Assembly (NCBI GenBank): GCA_030704615.1
Contig: CM060731.1
Coordinates: 92,008,001-92,072,000, forward strand
From: Takakia lepidozioides
Taxonomy: Eukaryota > Plantae > Bryophyta
DNA: 64,000 nucleotides
Direction of reading: 5' to 3'
Shown: positions 1 to 11,854 of the stretch, piece by piece
Numbering within the stretch: position 1 is the first letter of the stretch
Layout of the letters: each line of letters starts with the position of its first letter
Translations under genes and position numbers: made by a program
Notes under the pieces: generated by a model
Seen by the model: only the letters and a program-made list of their open reading frames with translations
Databases searched by the model: none
What the model was told of the DNA's origin: nothing

Positions 1-64
1 TTACGGCAGCAAGAGGGAGATGACCAACAATTGTCACCTGAGACCGCTCCCCTCGGTCACGCTA

Positions 65-640
65 CACTATAGCAAATGGGGGGGGGGGGTTTGCGACGCC
101 AGCCGCGCCCCCACGCCCTACGCGGCACCGAGCCCGCGGCGTTTTTTTGCGACGCCCCGGCGTCGCAATCCCCCGCTGCGACACCATTACGATGCCCAGC
201 CGTCGTAAGGTGGCATGAAGGGGGAAATAGGGCCCTCGTTGCGACGGATTTTTTTTCTTGCGACGCCCCGGCGTCGGAAATCCAAGAAAAAAAATAAAAA
301 ATAAAAAAATTGGACGTTGCGACGCCTCGGCGTCGCAAAAATGTCACTAAGGGCGCCCCAGCGCCTCTGCGACGCCCTAACGTCGCAACAACATCACCAT
401 AGTGGGATTTTTTTTTTTTTTTTTTGGGCTTTGCGGCCCTCAACTTCACAAAAGCGTCGCTGGGGGCGCCCCACGCTGGGACGCCCAACGTTGCGACGTC
501 AGGGGGTCGCAACGGCGTCGTCACAGGGGATTGCAATGGTGTTGTGGTCAGTTTAGGTCCACATAAGGACGTCGCTTGGGGCGCCTGGCGGTGGGGGGGT
601 ACAACAACGGCGATGATGCTGGGGCTGGGGCTGGGGCTGG
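65..640 (+). mobile_element. CACTA-like terminal fragment with GCGACG/CGTCGC subterminal repeats
   Basis: Starts CACTATAGCAAATGGGGG at 65, followed by dense GCGACGCC/GGCGTCGC motifs in both orientations. The same architecture occurs at 42776 and 44607. No matching 3' TIR with a 3-bp TSD was found. Confidence 0.45.
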
Positions 641-2843
641 GCACTAAGGCTGTGGAGGTTGCAACTCCCCGGCGTCACAAGAGAGACCCCCTTAGAAGGA
701 ACTTGAAGGAACTTGAAGGAAATCTTTATATATATATATATATATATATATTGTTTTTTTATACATAGATGTAGCGTAGGTGTGTTGGTTAGTTTGTAGT
801 GTCTTAGAAATGTTATAACGTGGAGGTCTTAAGTTCAAGTATACGTTGCAATGAACATATCGCCATTAGATAGAACCGGAGTCAATGGTCCACGCCGGAG
901 TCAATGGTCAACAAGTTTTTGAAATTCAAATTTTCCCGCCTAAATTCAAATGTATCCCTTTAAATTGTGCATTGCAGAGTAGGTTTTTCTTTTTTCTTTT
1001 AAAAAATAAAATAAAAAATGACGAAGACCCCGAACACGACAGTCAGGATTCGCATCCGTGGCTCTATTTTGTGCCGCATTCTTCTTTCCCGCCATGTCCG
1101 ACGCAGCACTGGCCTTCCAGGTAGAGCCAGTACATATTGAAATATGTAGTCCCCCAATGACTCATTTTACACCTCAACAAATGTGCCCTGGAAATACGGG
1201 TGCAATCAATGCGCAGTGGTTCATGCAGTCGTTTCCTTGACTTAATATTCCACGTATGCAATAAATATCTTTATTCCATTAATTCGTCAGCAGGGATTGA
1301 TGCGTGGAACTGACGGTCTTCCTCACTTGATTGTCAATGGCGACCATGCCCATTTGGATAACATGTCAAAATCACTCTAAACCACCATAGATCCACCCAA
1401 CGAGCTAACTTATACAATTCAAGGGCAAACCAGGCTGAAACATATTGAAGAAGAGCCCTTACCACACTGTCCTTGACTTTGTGTCATGACCCGTTAGCCA
1501 ATGCAAAGGCTTAGCATTGCCGGCTCCCTCTGATCATCCGTCGCTTGGCAGCCGTGTCACAGGTACGTATGGTGCAATACGCTTCTATTTCATACTTCAA
1601 CCTGCGAAAACAATTGATCACATGTGAATGGCCTGGAAGTACTACAATTAACTCTGCGACCTTTTCTTTTGTGCACGGAAGAAGGGGACGAGCAGTGGAA
1701 GACAACGTTTCAAGAGTCTCATGGAGATCGACCATTGGTGAGAGTTTTCAAGACTCATTTGGGCAGCAACAACATGGTTCGTCCAGACCTGGAAAGTGGG
1801 AATATGAGGCTGGAGTCTGTGCTAGTGGTGGGAGAATCCATGAACCCAATGATGGAAAAACATGTCACCAGGTGACTCCCCCTTTCATTTCGTCATAGGA
1901 ATCGAATTCTCCTCTTTTGCTTAAGGAATGAATGAGTACAAAACTTCAGTGCCGTCAGCCACTGACAACTAGAGTTATAACTCATTTATGTCATCGTTTC
2001 AAGAACTCGCTTCAGATGGAAGATAAGCGACCCTGGGATGACGCCCCTCTCTTCCATAGGATCAGACAAAAACATTAAACGCAAACGCTTTAGCAGCATA
2101 CCTAGAGCCGTGCTATGGTAAGTGTTGACAAAAACGAATGCACAGGCCCACTTTACAAAGAATTTTGCCACGATGGCAAAATGGCCTTTTCAAAATCGCT
2201 GCCCACCTTGAGCGGCTGTAGGGGACATGAACGTTGGGACAGCCTTTCTTTGGCCTCTATTTTTTTCTAATGGTTTGAAGAAATAACCGTTGTGTAAGGG
2301 GGTAAGAAAAAAGATAGGTAGAAAGCCGTCAACTATTAAATGGGGGATGGTTCAGGTTTCAAATTGGGGTAAGTGCAGTACAAGTGTCAAGTGGTGGTTT
2401 CTAGGGGTGACATGTGCGAGGCAGCCTTCTAGAAAGGTCCCCCACCGCTTGACAGGGTGGGGGCCACGGCCCTAAGAGGGTATATAAAGGAGAAGCAAAC
2501 ATGAACCATAGTAGTATTAATTAATAGAACAGCAAGCTGAAATAAGCCCCCCAATGAATTAGGGTGGAAACCTCCGTATGTGTTGGATGTCATAAAGGTG
2601 TCCATCTTCCCATTGGAAGGCCCTTTGGAGTCAAGTGACACCATAAGCTATGCTTGCTCCAGCAAAAGTCCACAATTTTTTTGCTACCCCACATAATTTT
2701 GCATCAAAAGCAGTGCTCATGTGTCTGCATCAAATACTATCTCCCCCATAGTGAAGCTAAACTTGCTCTTTATAAAGATAGATAATTTAAGAAATGGGCT
2801 GACTTGGAGGTCTAGAATGCATAGTCCACACCAAAAGTCATCA

Positions 2844-5273
2844 CTAACTCGAGAATTTTACAACTTTTGGAGAGGTGATCGATTTGAACTTTGGCACACC
2901 CCTCACCCCACCTTCTGCCCGATCAACCCTCTGCCCTTCTTCATCATTCTCATCACTGGAGAGATTGAGCCTTGCAGCACGGCCGACGACTCCATCTTCC
3001 ACAAAGTCATCTTCTAGGTCATCCCCACTTTGAAACACAATATGCTTCCCTCCCTCACATGGTTGCGTGCCCGGTGTTGCATCTGTTGCTGTTTTCGAAT
3101 AAAGAAGAGATGAGAATAGTGAATCAATTTGACAAATAGACCTTCACAATCATCAATTGTAAGGTTACTAATATTAATGATATGAGCTACATAAAAACCA
3201 CATATAATTGGTGATATCTGTCTTTTTCACTGTATGCCTCACTGCTGTCTTTGTCTGCCTGTCATCCTATGACCTAGGCAACAATTTTCGATCTTAGGCT
3301 CCATCTATCTGCTGTGCATGCACACACAGTAACTCATAAAAAAATCCCAAGATGCTCTTTCAAGTGAATCTCAAGACAAACAGTGTATAGCACACCAGGG
3401 GCTAAAGCAAGACAATTTCGAAGAAAGCACTTACAAATCTTCAGCTTCACTCGACCATTTTCAGCAATTTTGACACTGGCTTTTGCAGGGCAGTCTTTAG
3501 CTAAATGCGTGACTCCTCCACACACTTTGCATGACCCTCCCTGCAAATGCATGATACATCAAATACATGGAGATTTGGGTGTTCCCCTTATGTACAAAGT
3601 GCACCCCCCCACCTCCTCCAACTTGCGGTGTCTGTGTGTGGAGCAAATACTTGCATCAAATTGACCTGGCGAGGACCGACACTATTATCTCTTCTCCCTC
3701 CCCACACAAAGCTTTTGACTAGATTCAAAAAGTGTCAGCAGACTTTCCTTTTCATCTTGAGAGCCCTACAAACTGCAGGCCACATATGTATAAGCTCTCT
3801 CATCCAGAAACTATTGGATAATAAAAGGGAGTTTCAAGCCTTGGCCAAAGGCATCAAACTACAACTTCCCACATGAACATAGGTTTGAGAATGGAAGCAA
3901 TATCTCCTTACCTTGGGGTAGATGCCAACTTTATTCGACGGGCAATTCTTACTGATGTGACCAAGCTCTTTACAAATGAAACACTCAGCAAAAGACGTAC
4001 CACCTGCACACACAACGAAACAGCTTCACTTTGCATGACTCCCAGTTAAAAATGGCCAAGATAACTGCAACGTCTCTTGTCAACAAGTCAACAGTGCAAT
4101 GGTGCAGAAATGAGGCTGTTGGAAACTTTCAAGAGACTTGCATGAGATCATTCAAATAAATTTGAAGAACAGACAGATGGTTACCATCCTTGAGAGGTTG
4201 ACTGCAATCAGCCAGCCTGTGACCCGTTTCACCGCAGTTGTAACAGATTTTTGCTTCCTGGGACTTTGCATCATTGGGACAGTTCTTTAAAGTATGGCCC
4301 CACTGCCGACAGAGCAGACACATCTGAATCCCGAAAAGGGCCAACAAGAAAATTGGACGTCAGTATAATCCAATGTTCTATTCCAAGTAAGCAAATGACA
4401 GGTCTTTCAGTGTACATGGGAAAGTAAAGGTCAGGGGTTAAATTAAATGCTAAAGGACATGGAATTCACTCTTGAACACACACCATACAGCCTTGGGTCC
4501 AATCAATACCACCATAGCAGCAAACCAAAACAGTTTGTAATCTCAATGCAAGCACCTGCGTGACCTATCCGGCTCTAAATCCAGCATTTGACTAAACCCG
4601 AGCCCTCACCTTTTTCAAGTCTCGGCCACATTTTTTGGGACAGTTTTTTGCAATATGATCTTTGGATTTACAGAGAAAACAGCCCTCTCCAGGTTTCATC
4701 CCCGCCACCCGCAGCGGATGCTTGCTTGCCTTTTCCAATTTCATCTTGCTGTCTCCTGGTCCTTCTACACTAGTTTGAGCCCCCCTTTTGCGTTTTTTCT
4801 CGCCCGAAACTCTCTGTGTTTCATGTGCTCCATTAGATTTTGTGGCCTCCGTTGATTTCTCAGCATTTGCATCCTCCTGGCCAGAGGACTCTGCGATCTC
4901 TCCCCCTGCGGACAGATTCAATTTACCCCTTTGGACATAATCATGTGCAATGAATATTTCCAAATCGTTCTAACCGGTAAGCACTGCCATAGTAGCACAC
5001 CCAAAACTATATTTTCAACAAACCCTACCGTGTCAGGTCGTCAAAACGTTGCCCCATTGACGATCGACCTATGCTGCATTCAAATCAATTGATTTGAAAC
5101 AAGATGCTCTATCCAACATGCTCAACCACATGATACTCTTCACCAGCCCCTTATAACATTGACTAAAATTTAGTTTGTCGTGGAATGTGTAAACGGATGT
5201 ATTGGGTTGAGATAAGCCGACCTGTGGACCTCTGGAAGCGCTTACGAGCCAATCGCTGCCGCTCGTTCCCCAT
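2844..5273 (-). CDS. Zinc knuckle (5x CCHC) protein, ZCCHC9-like; exons 5273-5222, 4905-4610, 4323-4185, 4003-3912, 3540-3435, 3088-2844 (309 aa)
   Basis: Spliced by hand with GT-AG introns in consistent phase: MGNERQRLARKRF...HPLRVAGMKPGEGCFLCKSKDHIAKNC...CLLCRQWGHTLKNC...CYNCGETGHRLADC...CFICKELGHISKNC..GIYPKGGSCKVCGGVTHLAKDC...SGDDLEDDF...PKVVKFSS*. This matches the conserved plant family layout. Confidence 0.92.
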
Positions 5274-5517
5274 CCCTGTGGAGGAGGACTATACCATGGC
5301 AACACCGGCTTCCTCCGCTGTATATATATTTCAATAGTCAGAGAACGAGACAGAACTTTATTGTCCGCATTGAGACGGATTTCCGACAAAACTTTGCAAC
5401 AAGTTTCCTGAAAGATAATTTCTTTTCAAAACGAAAGAATGGCTTCAAATCCAGCAAGATAAGACCAACAAATCTGTGAACAACAAGAGCGAAGGGAAAA
5501 TCGAAGGAGAGAAGAGG

Positions 5518-5526
5518 CTAGGGTTT
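5518..5526 (-). promoter_or_regulatory. Telo-box-like motif (AAACCCTAG) near the 5' end of the CCHC gene
   Basis: AAACCCTAG on the - strand, followed by a pyrimidine-rich 5' leader. Telo-boxes are typical of plant ribosome-biogenesis genes. Confidence 0.45.
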
Positions 5527-5627
5527 GGGGTTCATGGTTGACGACGATAACCAGGCAAACGCCCAGGCCGCATTCAACTTCCGTGCCTTTTCTATTACTT
5601 GGCATAAGGGAGACGAAAGTGTCTACG

Positions 5628-7260
5628 TCACAGACACTTACAGCTTCTCGTTGATCTTGCCTTCCTTCTATGCATGCAGGACCACACCTTGATCCTCCTA
5701 CACCATGGGATCTGCGAGGTCCTGTGCGGAGGTTCATATCCGCCCTCCATGAATGGTCGGCCTCGTCCTCCTCGGTAGTTCTCGAAAGTATCTTCCTCTT
5801 CGTTGTCCGTGTAAGGAGATCTCCTTCCAGGCCTTCCCGTCACGCAGTATGGACGAACGAACGTCCTTTTGACGAACGCTAAACAACGTATAGACGAAGA
5901 GAGGGTGCCCTTGCGTTTGAGAGAGTCTGCGAATGGTGACGCCACGTTCAGTTTGGCTACCGCAAGACGAAGGACGGAGGAATCCAATCTCAAATCTCCA
6001 AAGAAATTCTTAGTCAATACCAATGTCGACTGGGTGGAGATTTCCTCCCTTGTAACCCCACCTGCTATACTTCCGTGGCTGTCAATACCTTCTCTCCTTC
6101 ACTGTTCCGTCTTGAGAACTTGACCGGGGCGGGGCATTGACACTCGCTTCCCTTAAGTAACGCTCAAGGTGTGTCTCACTGTGGACTGTCAGTTCCGCGG
6201 GCGCCTGTCCTGATTCCGTTGTGAGGGTTTCGGACAGAGGCGTTCCTCCCAACGAACTTGGTGCCGACAGCTTGACCCCCTGCATTCGATCCACCACGCT
6301 GGAAGGTACCATGACTCCTGGTGAGGCTTCTCCTGCGTCGGCCCCACTTCGTATGCTCTGGGTGTCCTCGCTGTCGTTGGGCTTCAGCCCTTCGCCGATG
6401 CCTTGGTATTGTATTGTACCCGCCCCGAGTGAGACTCCCATCTCTGCTAGTTCTGCCGGCGTCATCTCCCTCCGTTGTTGTGATAAGGTGTTGTATGAGA
6501 GGGGCACCAGCGAATGGTTATGGACTTGGTGGGGTGGGGTCTCTCCTTGTTGGCCTCCCTCATCCCTCGCTGGAGTCCTTCAAGCAACACCTTTGCCCAA
6601 TTTACTTTCTCCGTTTCTGCCTTCACCACGCACTGCACAAGTGCCAGTTGGATCATGAGGCCCTGGGTTTGCTTACACTAGAGGATCTCTGACAATACCT
6701 CAATCCTTGTTCTGTAGGGCTTTGTGGATGCTTCCACGGAGTTAAAGCATCCCTGTGCCGCCTTAAAACCTACGTTCGGGAGGAAGTACGGCTGACAATC
6801 CATCTTCCCCGTGTTGGCGACGAGCTTTGGGACCTGAAACCCTTCTATTGGTAGCGCAAATGCCTTGGCGATGTATTCCTCCGTTAGCTCTATTGGCTGA
6901 CCCTTCCAAAATATTGCCTTCAACTCATCCTTGTAGGAGGAAATCATCCTTACAACGTCCACAAGTTCCACTTTCTTCCAGTCCACCTCGAGGAAGAAGT
7001 CCTCCAGGCCTACCTTGCTCTGCCGTATTATTTCTTCTCTCCGCGTATGCTGCAGTATCCGCAGTGACTCTGCAGAGAATGGGTGGAAGTCCCGTGTTTT
7101 CCAACAAAGTGAGCTCTTTGTCAAATGCCCTAGTCTTGGGAGCAGCTGCTCTCTTCGGCATCGTGTCGTCGCAACTGATTACCGCAACCGTTCCTTCTTC
7201 TGCGCTTGTGATTACTCCTTCCCTACCTGCTTGCGCTTGTGATTCCCTTACTGTTCCTTG
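5628..7260 (-). pseudogene. Degenerate transposon-associated accessory ORF (putative plant transposon protein-like)
   Basis: A chain of frameshifted - strand ORFs (6678-7124, 6462-6656, 6082-6507, 5628-6023) with the motifs IELTEEYIAKAFALPIEG and VNWAKVLL, which resemble plant TE accessory proteins. No introns. Adjacent to a palindromic repeat (7381-7500) shared with 41080 and 43228. Confidence 0.5.
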
Positions 7261-8645
7261 CCCGCTTCCCTGACTGGTCGTTCCCCCGCGCTCGTGTTGA
7301 TCTTGTGTGAAACAGGCGAGCTTACCTGCTTTGCTCTCGTCCTGCTGTGATACTCTGCCTCCTTCTTCTCTCTCACGCGGCGCTACCATGTGAGCAGAAT
7401 TTGGCGTGAGCAGAATTCTGCTCACGGTCCTCGGATTCAAAGTCGGTCATGGGGCCTATAACCGCGGCCCAGAAACTGCAGAAAACCTATTACCGCGGGG
7501 TCTAAAAAGGCAAAATGTGGGCATTTCTATTTGTATAGTTTCAAATAGCGAATTATAAGGTGTGCAAGTGGATGAGTACTGGATGAATGTTGGATGAAAT
7601 TTGGTAGATGAATGAAGGACGGATGAATGAAAACAATGCGATCTGCACAACAATATTTATGTCAATGAAGGGTTGTTGGGTGAACGAAGGGTTGTCAATG
7701 AAGGGTTGTTGAAGATTTCTCCCTGCAAGCAATTCCAAAGTTGGTTGGAATTTTTTCCTTGTCAATCTCTTGTGGACCATGTTAAGAAGCACCTAGAATG
7801 TAGTTGTGTGTATTGATGGATGAGGATGAATCTGCATTGACCAGTGCTGCCTATACCAGAATTACCCTTCAATGTCTGTTGTTTATTGAAGGATTGACGT
7901 GTCCCGTTGTCACTGTGGACATATGAAGAGACCAAAGAACTCAAAAATAATTTATGAGGATGAAAAGAGTACATTGTTTCTTCCATGCTAAGTCTGACTC
8001 TGAGCCATCATAATATGTCCCCACATCTTCTGCATCTAAGTCTAAGTACTTAAGAACTCCGGATCTGGGATGTTTACACCCGTGCCTAGACATACTGGGG
8101 TCAGGGGATGGAGCCTCGGACATTTGAACTGCCATTGCTTCCGCATACTCAGGAAGCACAAAAATGGGTGGGGGGCTGTTGAATACAGAAGCGTCCCACA
8201 ACATCGACCTCTCCTCACGATGTAGGACTGTTTACAGTTGTGAACTGAAAGGTACACCTTCCAATTAAAGTATTTTCTTTGACATCAAGTTCCTCGCAGA
8301 TGCCTTCATTGTAATCCACCATCTCAGTCTATCCGACAGAAACAATTTAATTTTTGGCTTTCATGGTTCATTACAGTCGAGAGGACAAATTTCCCAGATA
8401 CAATATAATGGTCTTTCAAGAGATAGGAATTGTTCAGCTAAACATCGTAGACATGGAAAAAACCTCTTAACTTTGCTTTATAATATCTCCACCACCAATC
8501 TGGATAAACACAATATCGGGACGCACACCTGCAGGATAAATTATACCACCAAGGTAACTAATGGTGAACTCTGCTGGAGAAAGCTACATGGTTACTGAGG
8601 CCTGTGTAGGATGAGGAAAGGTTAGAGGAGAATGGGTATGTCAAC

Positions 8646-11600
8646 TCAGATTGAAAAGCAAGTATACCATTTGCGGGGTGTGGGAATTGTGTTGTAGATT
8701 ATGTCACCATATTTTACCCCACTCATGAACTTGCCGATAACCAGCTGTGCCGATACTTCCACATCCTTATGTTCCACTTCCTTGTCATGATGGTCCTGTT
8801 GACACCAGTATGATGAGAGTGCAGATCTGAGATGAGGGAAACGAAGAGGCAAGAGAGGGGCTCAGAGAAAGGTAAGCTGTTGGCCAGTGTGACAGATGCT
8901 GTGGCCTTGCAGCCATGGACCGCCTGGGATACAACCCAGTAGGGTGACAATCCTTACCAGGAACTGCCACAGTTCTCACAACAATTAAGATCTTAAGTGC
9001 TGGTCCTCCAAAATGACTGCTAGAAAGGCTACTCATTTGGTAATACCACTGATCATGGCACCCCATCAAAATCAGTTTAACTCAGCTTTCTCTCTAACTT
9101 GCAATAGCCTTGGGGCTGTTATGTTCTGGTGGGAGCCCCTCATGTAAGAGGAGAAAGAGAGACACAGTCAGAAGGCATATTCGAGTGTTAGATGTAGGAG
9201 ATGGCATCGACACCAGGATAGAAATATGGAAGTGAGAGAAGGTAATTAGGTTGAGAAGAATACCTCAGGGTGATGGCTTTTGACTTGAACCAGGCCATAG
9301 TTACGTGCCCGTGTCCAATGGTGGTGTTTGAAGGCATACTCCTGGTCCAGCCTTCCAACCCGTCCTGCGGCTCTCATAAAATAGTAAGCAGATCTGGGAA
9401 GCGGCATATTGGCAATTGCACTTGTGGTCAGCTGTCGGAACACGACCCTGTGGTTCTTCAAAATGTCTGAGTGGCCCCCACAATGCACATCACCTACATG
9501 ACCACATCTTCTTCCTTAGCTTCTGCTTCTGACTAGGAAAAAGCACATGAGTGCCTGTGGGATGATTATGGATTTAATATGGACCTCATAAGGGACAGAA
9601 AGTCTAGCAACCCCTCGTTGCTGTTCCAGCCATGCAGATTCCAAGGTGGCATCACCAATAGAGCCATGAACTTATATCCAGAAGCTTTTCCTGGCAACCT
9701 CAGGATCCAAATGGTCATACTTTCCAACGAGAGGGAGTGCGAGGCAAGGCAGGGTGGAATAGCTCACCTCCAAGAAACAAGACTTCGCGTCTAGAGCGGG
9801 CCGACTTCCAATTAAGCAAACACTGAATCATCTGCAACTGCTCTTTCATGTGCAGGCGGGCCGACCAATGCCCCTTAAAATCTTCCAACCGATGGACGGT
9901 GTTGGCTGCTGTGTTGGTTATATTGGGTTCCAAAAACACAAGAGGGGCAGGTGAGCAAATTAGCAGAGCATGAACCTCATCAAATAAGCCTCCTGAGCCC
10001 AATGATTCTTTGATGTCACCCCATTGGAGGCTTCCCAGATAAGGTTTGTCATCCCCCTTGATACGGTGGAATGTCCGAGAGCCTCGAATGTCCAAAAACA
10101 TTAGCCCCACCCCTCCCACCACATGCAAATGATAGTCCTGTCATTGCCCCAATGTTTGCATACCTTTGTGAGGATGCTGCTTTGGTGCAAAGAAACCACC
10201 TTTCATAGACTGAACAGCAGAAGCACACGTCACCAAGATTGGACACTCCATATGCAAAAGCTGTTCCCTAAGATATGGTACATCCACAAATCAAGGTCAA
10301 TGGAACTCCTATGACATTTGTGATGTTCGATTAACCACGTTTGAAGAGCCTGCACAACCATACGGAATTTGGCAGACTCTCCCTGGAAGTTGCACAGGGA
10401 GGTGCAAAACCCATCATGCCCATGCCCAACCAGGTCCCATTAGGTTAAAAAGGTTAGAGAGTACTTTTAATTTAGTGTCTACTGCTGTCCCAGGTGTGCA
10501 GATGTAGTGCCATACCTGACACCATCCCTCTGGGCTGGATGAAGGACACATATGACCAGTGACAGCTCTTTTGCTGACAAAGAGGACTTCCTATTTTTGG
10601 AAATTGCATATTCAGTGGTCTCACTCTAAGGTCCACCTTCCTACTACAGTACCTTGTTAATTTCATTCAATTTCGAAAAGTCGACGTCCACATGCAGCTG
10701 ACGCTGATATTCCAGGTTCACAATCCAGGCACAACGGGCCACAAAAAACTCAAGGCTCTCTGCATCCCAGTCCTCAGGTACATCCCCCCAGTTATCACGC
10801 ACTTCATGATCATCGTATATCATAAAATTGGGACAGTTGGCAAGACACTTAGCAGTGGGAGGATGCTGCCATGTGTCCCTGTAAACTTCCCGGTATTTTT
10901 CACAGATAGCCTCTTGCTTCATTTTCCATTGGTCTCTAAGCACGCCCTCCAGCATAGCTTTGCCTACGCGAAATCGATCTGACCACTTATCTTGGTCTGC
11001 CCCGGCTTCGGCATCCTGGCGTTTATCCCCATCTCCATATATCTGTAGCCATATACAGGAACTGTGACTAAGAGAGAAAGTGTGTCTGGGTGTGAGAGTG
11101 TGAAGGACAATTGCAATTGCAGTAAAGAGACTATAAGTCAAATCAACGGCCAGGGGGGAAAGGGTAGCTTTTGCAGAAAACCCCTACTTACCTGGTCTCC
11201 AAGATGCACAAGCATGTCGATCTTTCCAGATTCCACAGACTTGGCAAGGTGTGCCCACAGATCTGAATGGATAGGAATGGCCTGTTGAGTGATAAAGATC
11301 TTGTTGCAGCTAATTACGCCGACATTGACAGTGTCAGCAGGCACTCCCGGAAAAGTCCAGAAGCTGCTAGTAATAGAACTTTTGCAGCCTTTCAACTCTA
11401 CATTGTATTTAACAGCTGGTTTCAGATCTGAAAATTGAAATACCCCTGGTCGCATTGCTTCCAGCTCCTTCAACGCTCTTTTTACATGGGGGCGGTGTCG
11501 CTGCTGCTTGGCTGGCCCATTAGAAGTCTGACCCTTTTGTCCCGGTGTTGTTACTAGACTCTCTTGCAGAATTACAGTGACAACACCAGGCTGGTCAATT

Positions 11601-11854
11601 TCAATGAGAATGCGGGCAGTGGTGCTTGTCACCTTGCCTATGACAGGTCCAACCAAAACCTGTGGCTCTATACCAGGTAGGTCCTTCCTCTCCAAACTTG
11701 AGGTCCCCATGATCTTGCTGACCGCACTGAGGATGGAAAGGCGTGCATGGCGCTTGGCAATTTTCCACTTTGAGGGACCAATCTCTCTGGAAGTCCCAAC
11801 ACTCGGAGATTCACTTGTTTCTTGAAATCCATGGTTTTTAGGGGATCTGGCCAT
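8646..11854 (-). CDS. PhoD-like (alkaline phosphatase D) metallophosphatase; exons 11854-11192, 11042-10653, 10137-9768, 9493-9264, 8795-8646 (600 aa)
   Basis: In-phase GT-AG splicing. N-domain motif VGPVIGKVTSTTARI; catalytic motifs ISCN, HLGDQIYGD, YDDHEVRDNWG, FLDIRG and LGGDVHCG match PhoD metal ligands. The choice of last exon is less certain. Confidence 0.88.

Noticed and set aside
65-801. Complete CACTA element from CACTA(65) to TAGTG(801)
   Set aside because: The flanks CTA and TCT do not form a 3-bp TSD, and the TIR match is limited to about 5 bp.
1020-2240. Short ORFs on both strands
   Set aside because: No recognisable motif or consistent splicing; probably decayed repeat sequence.
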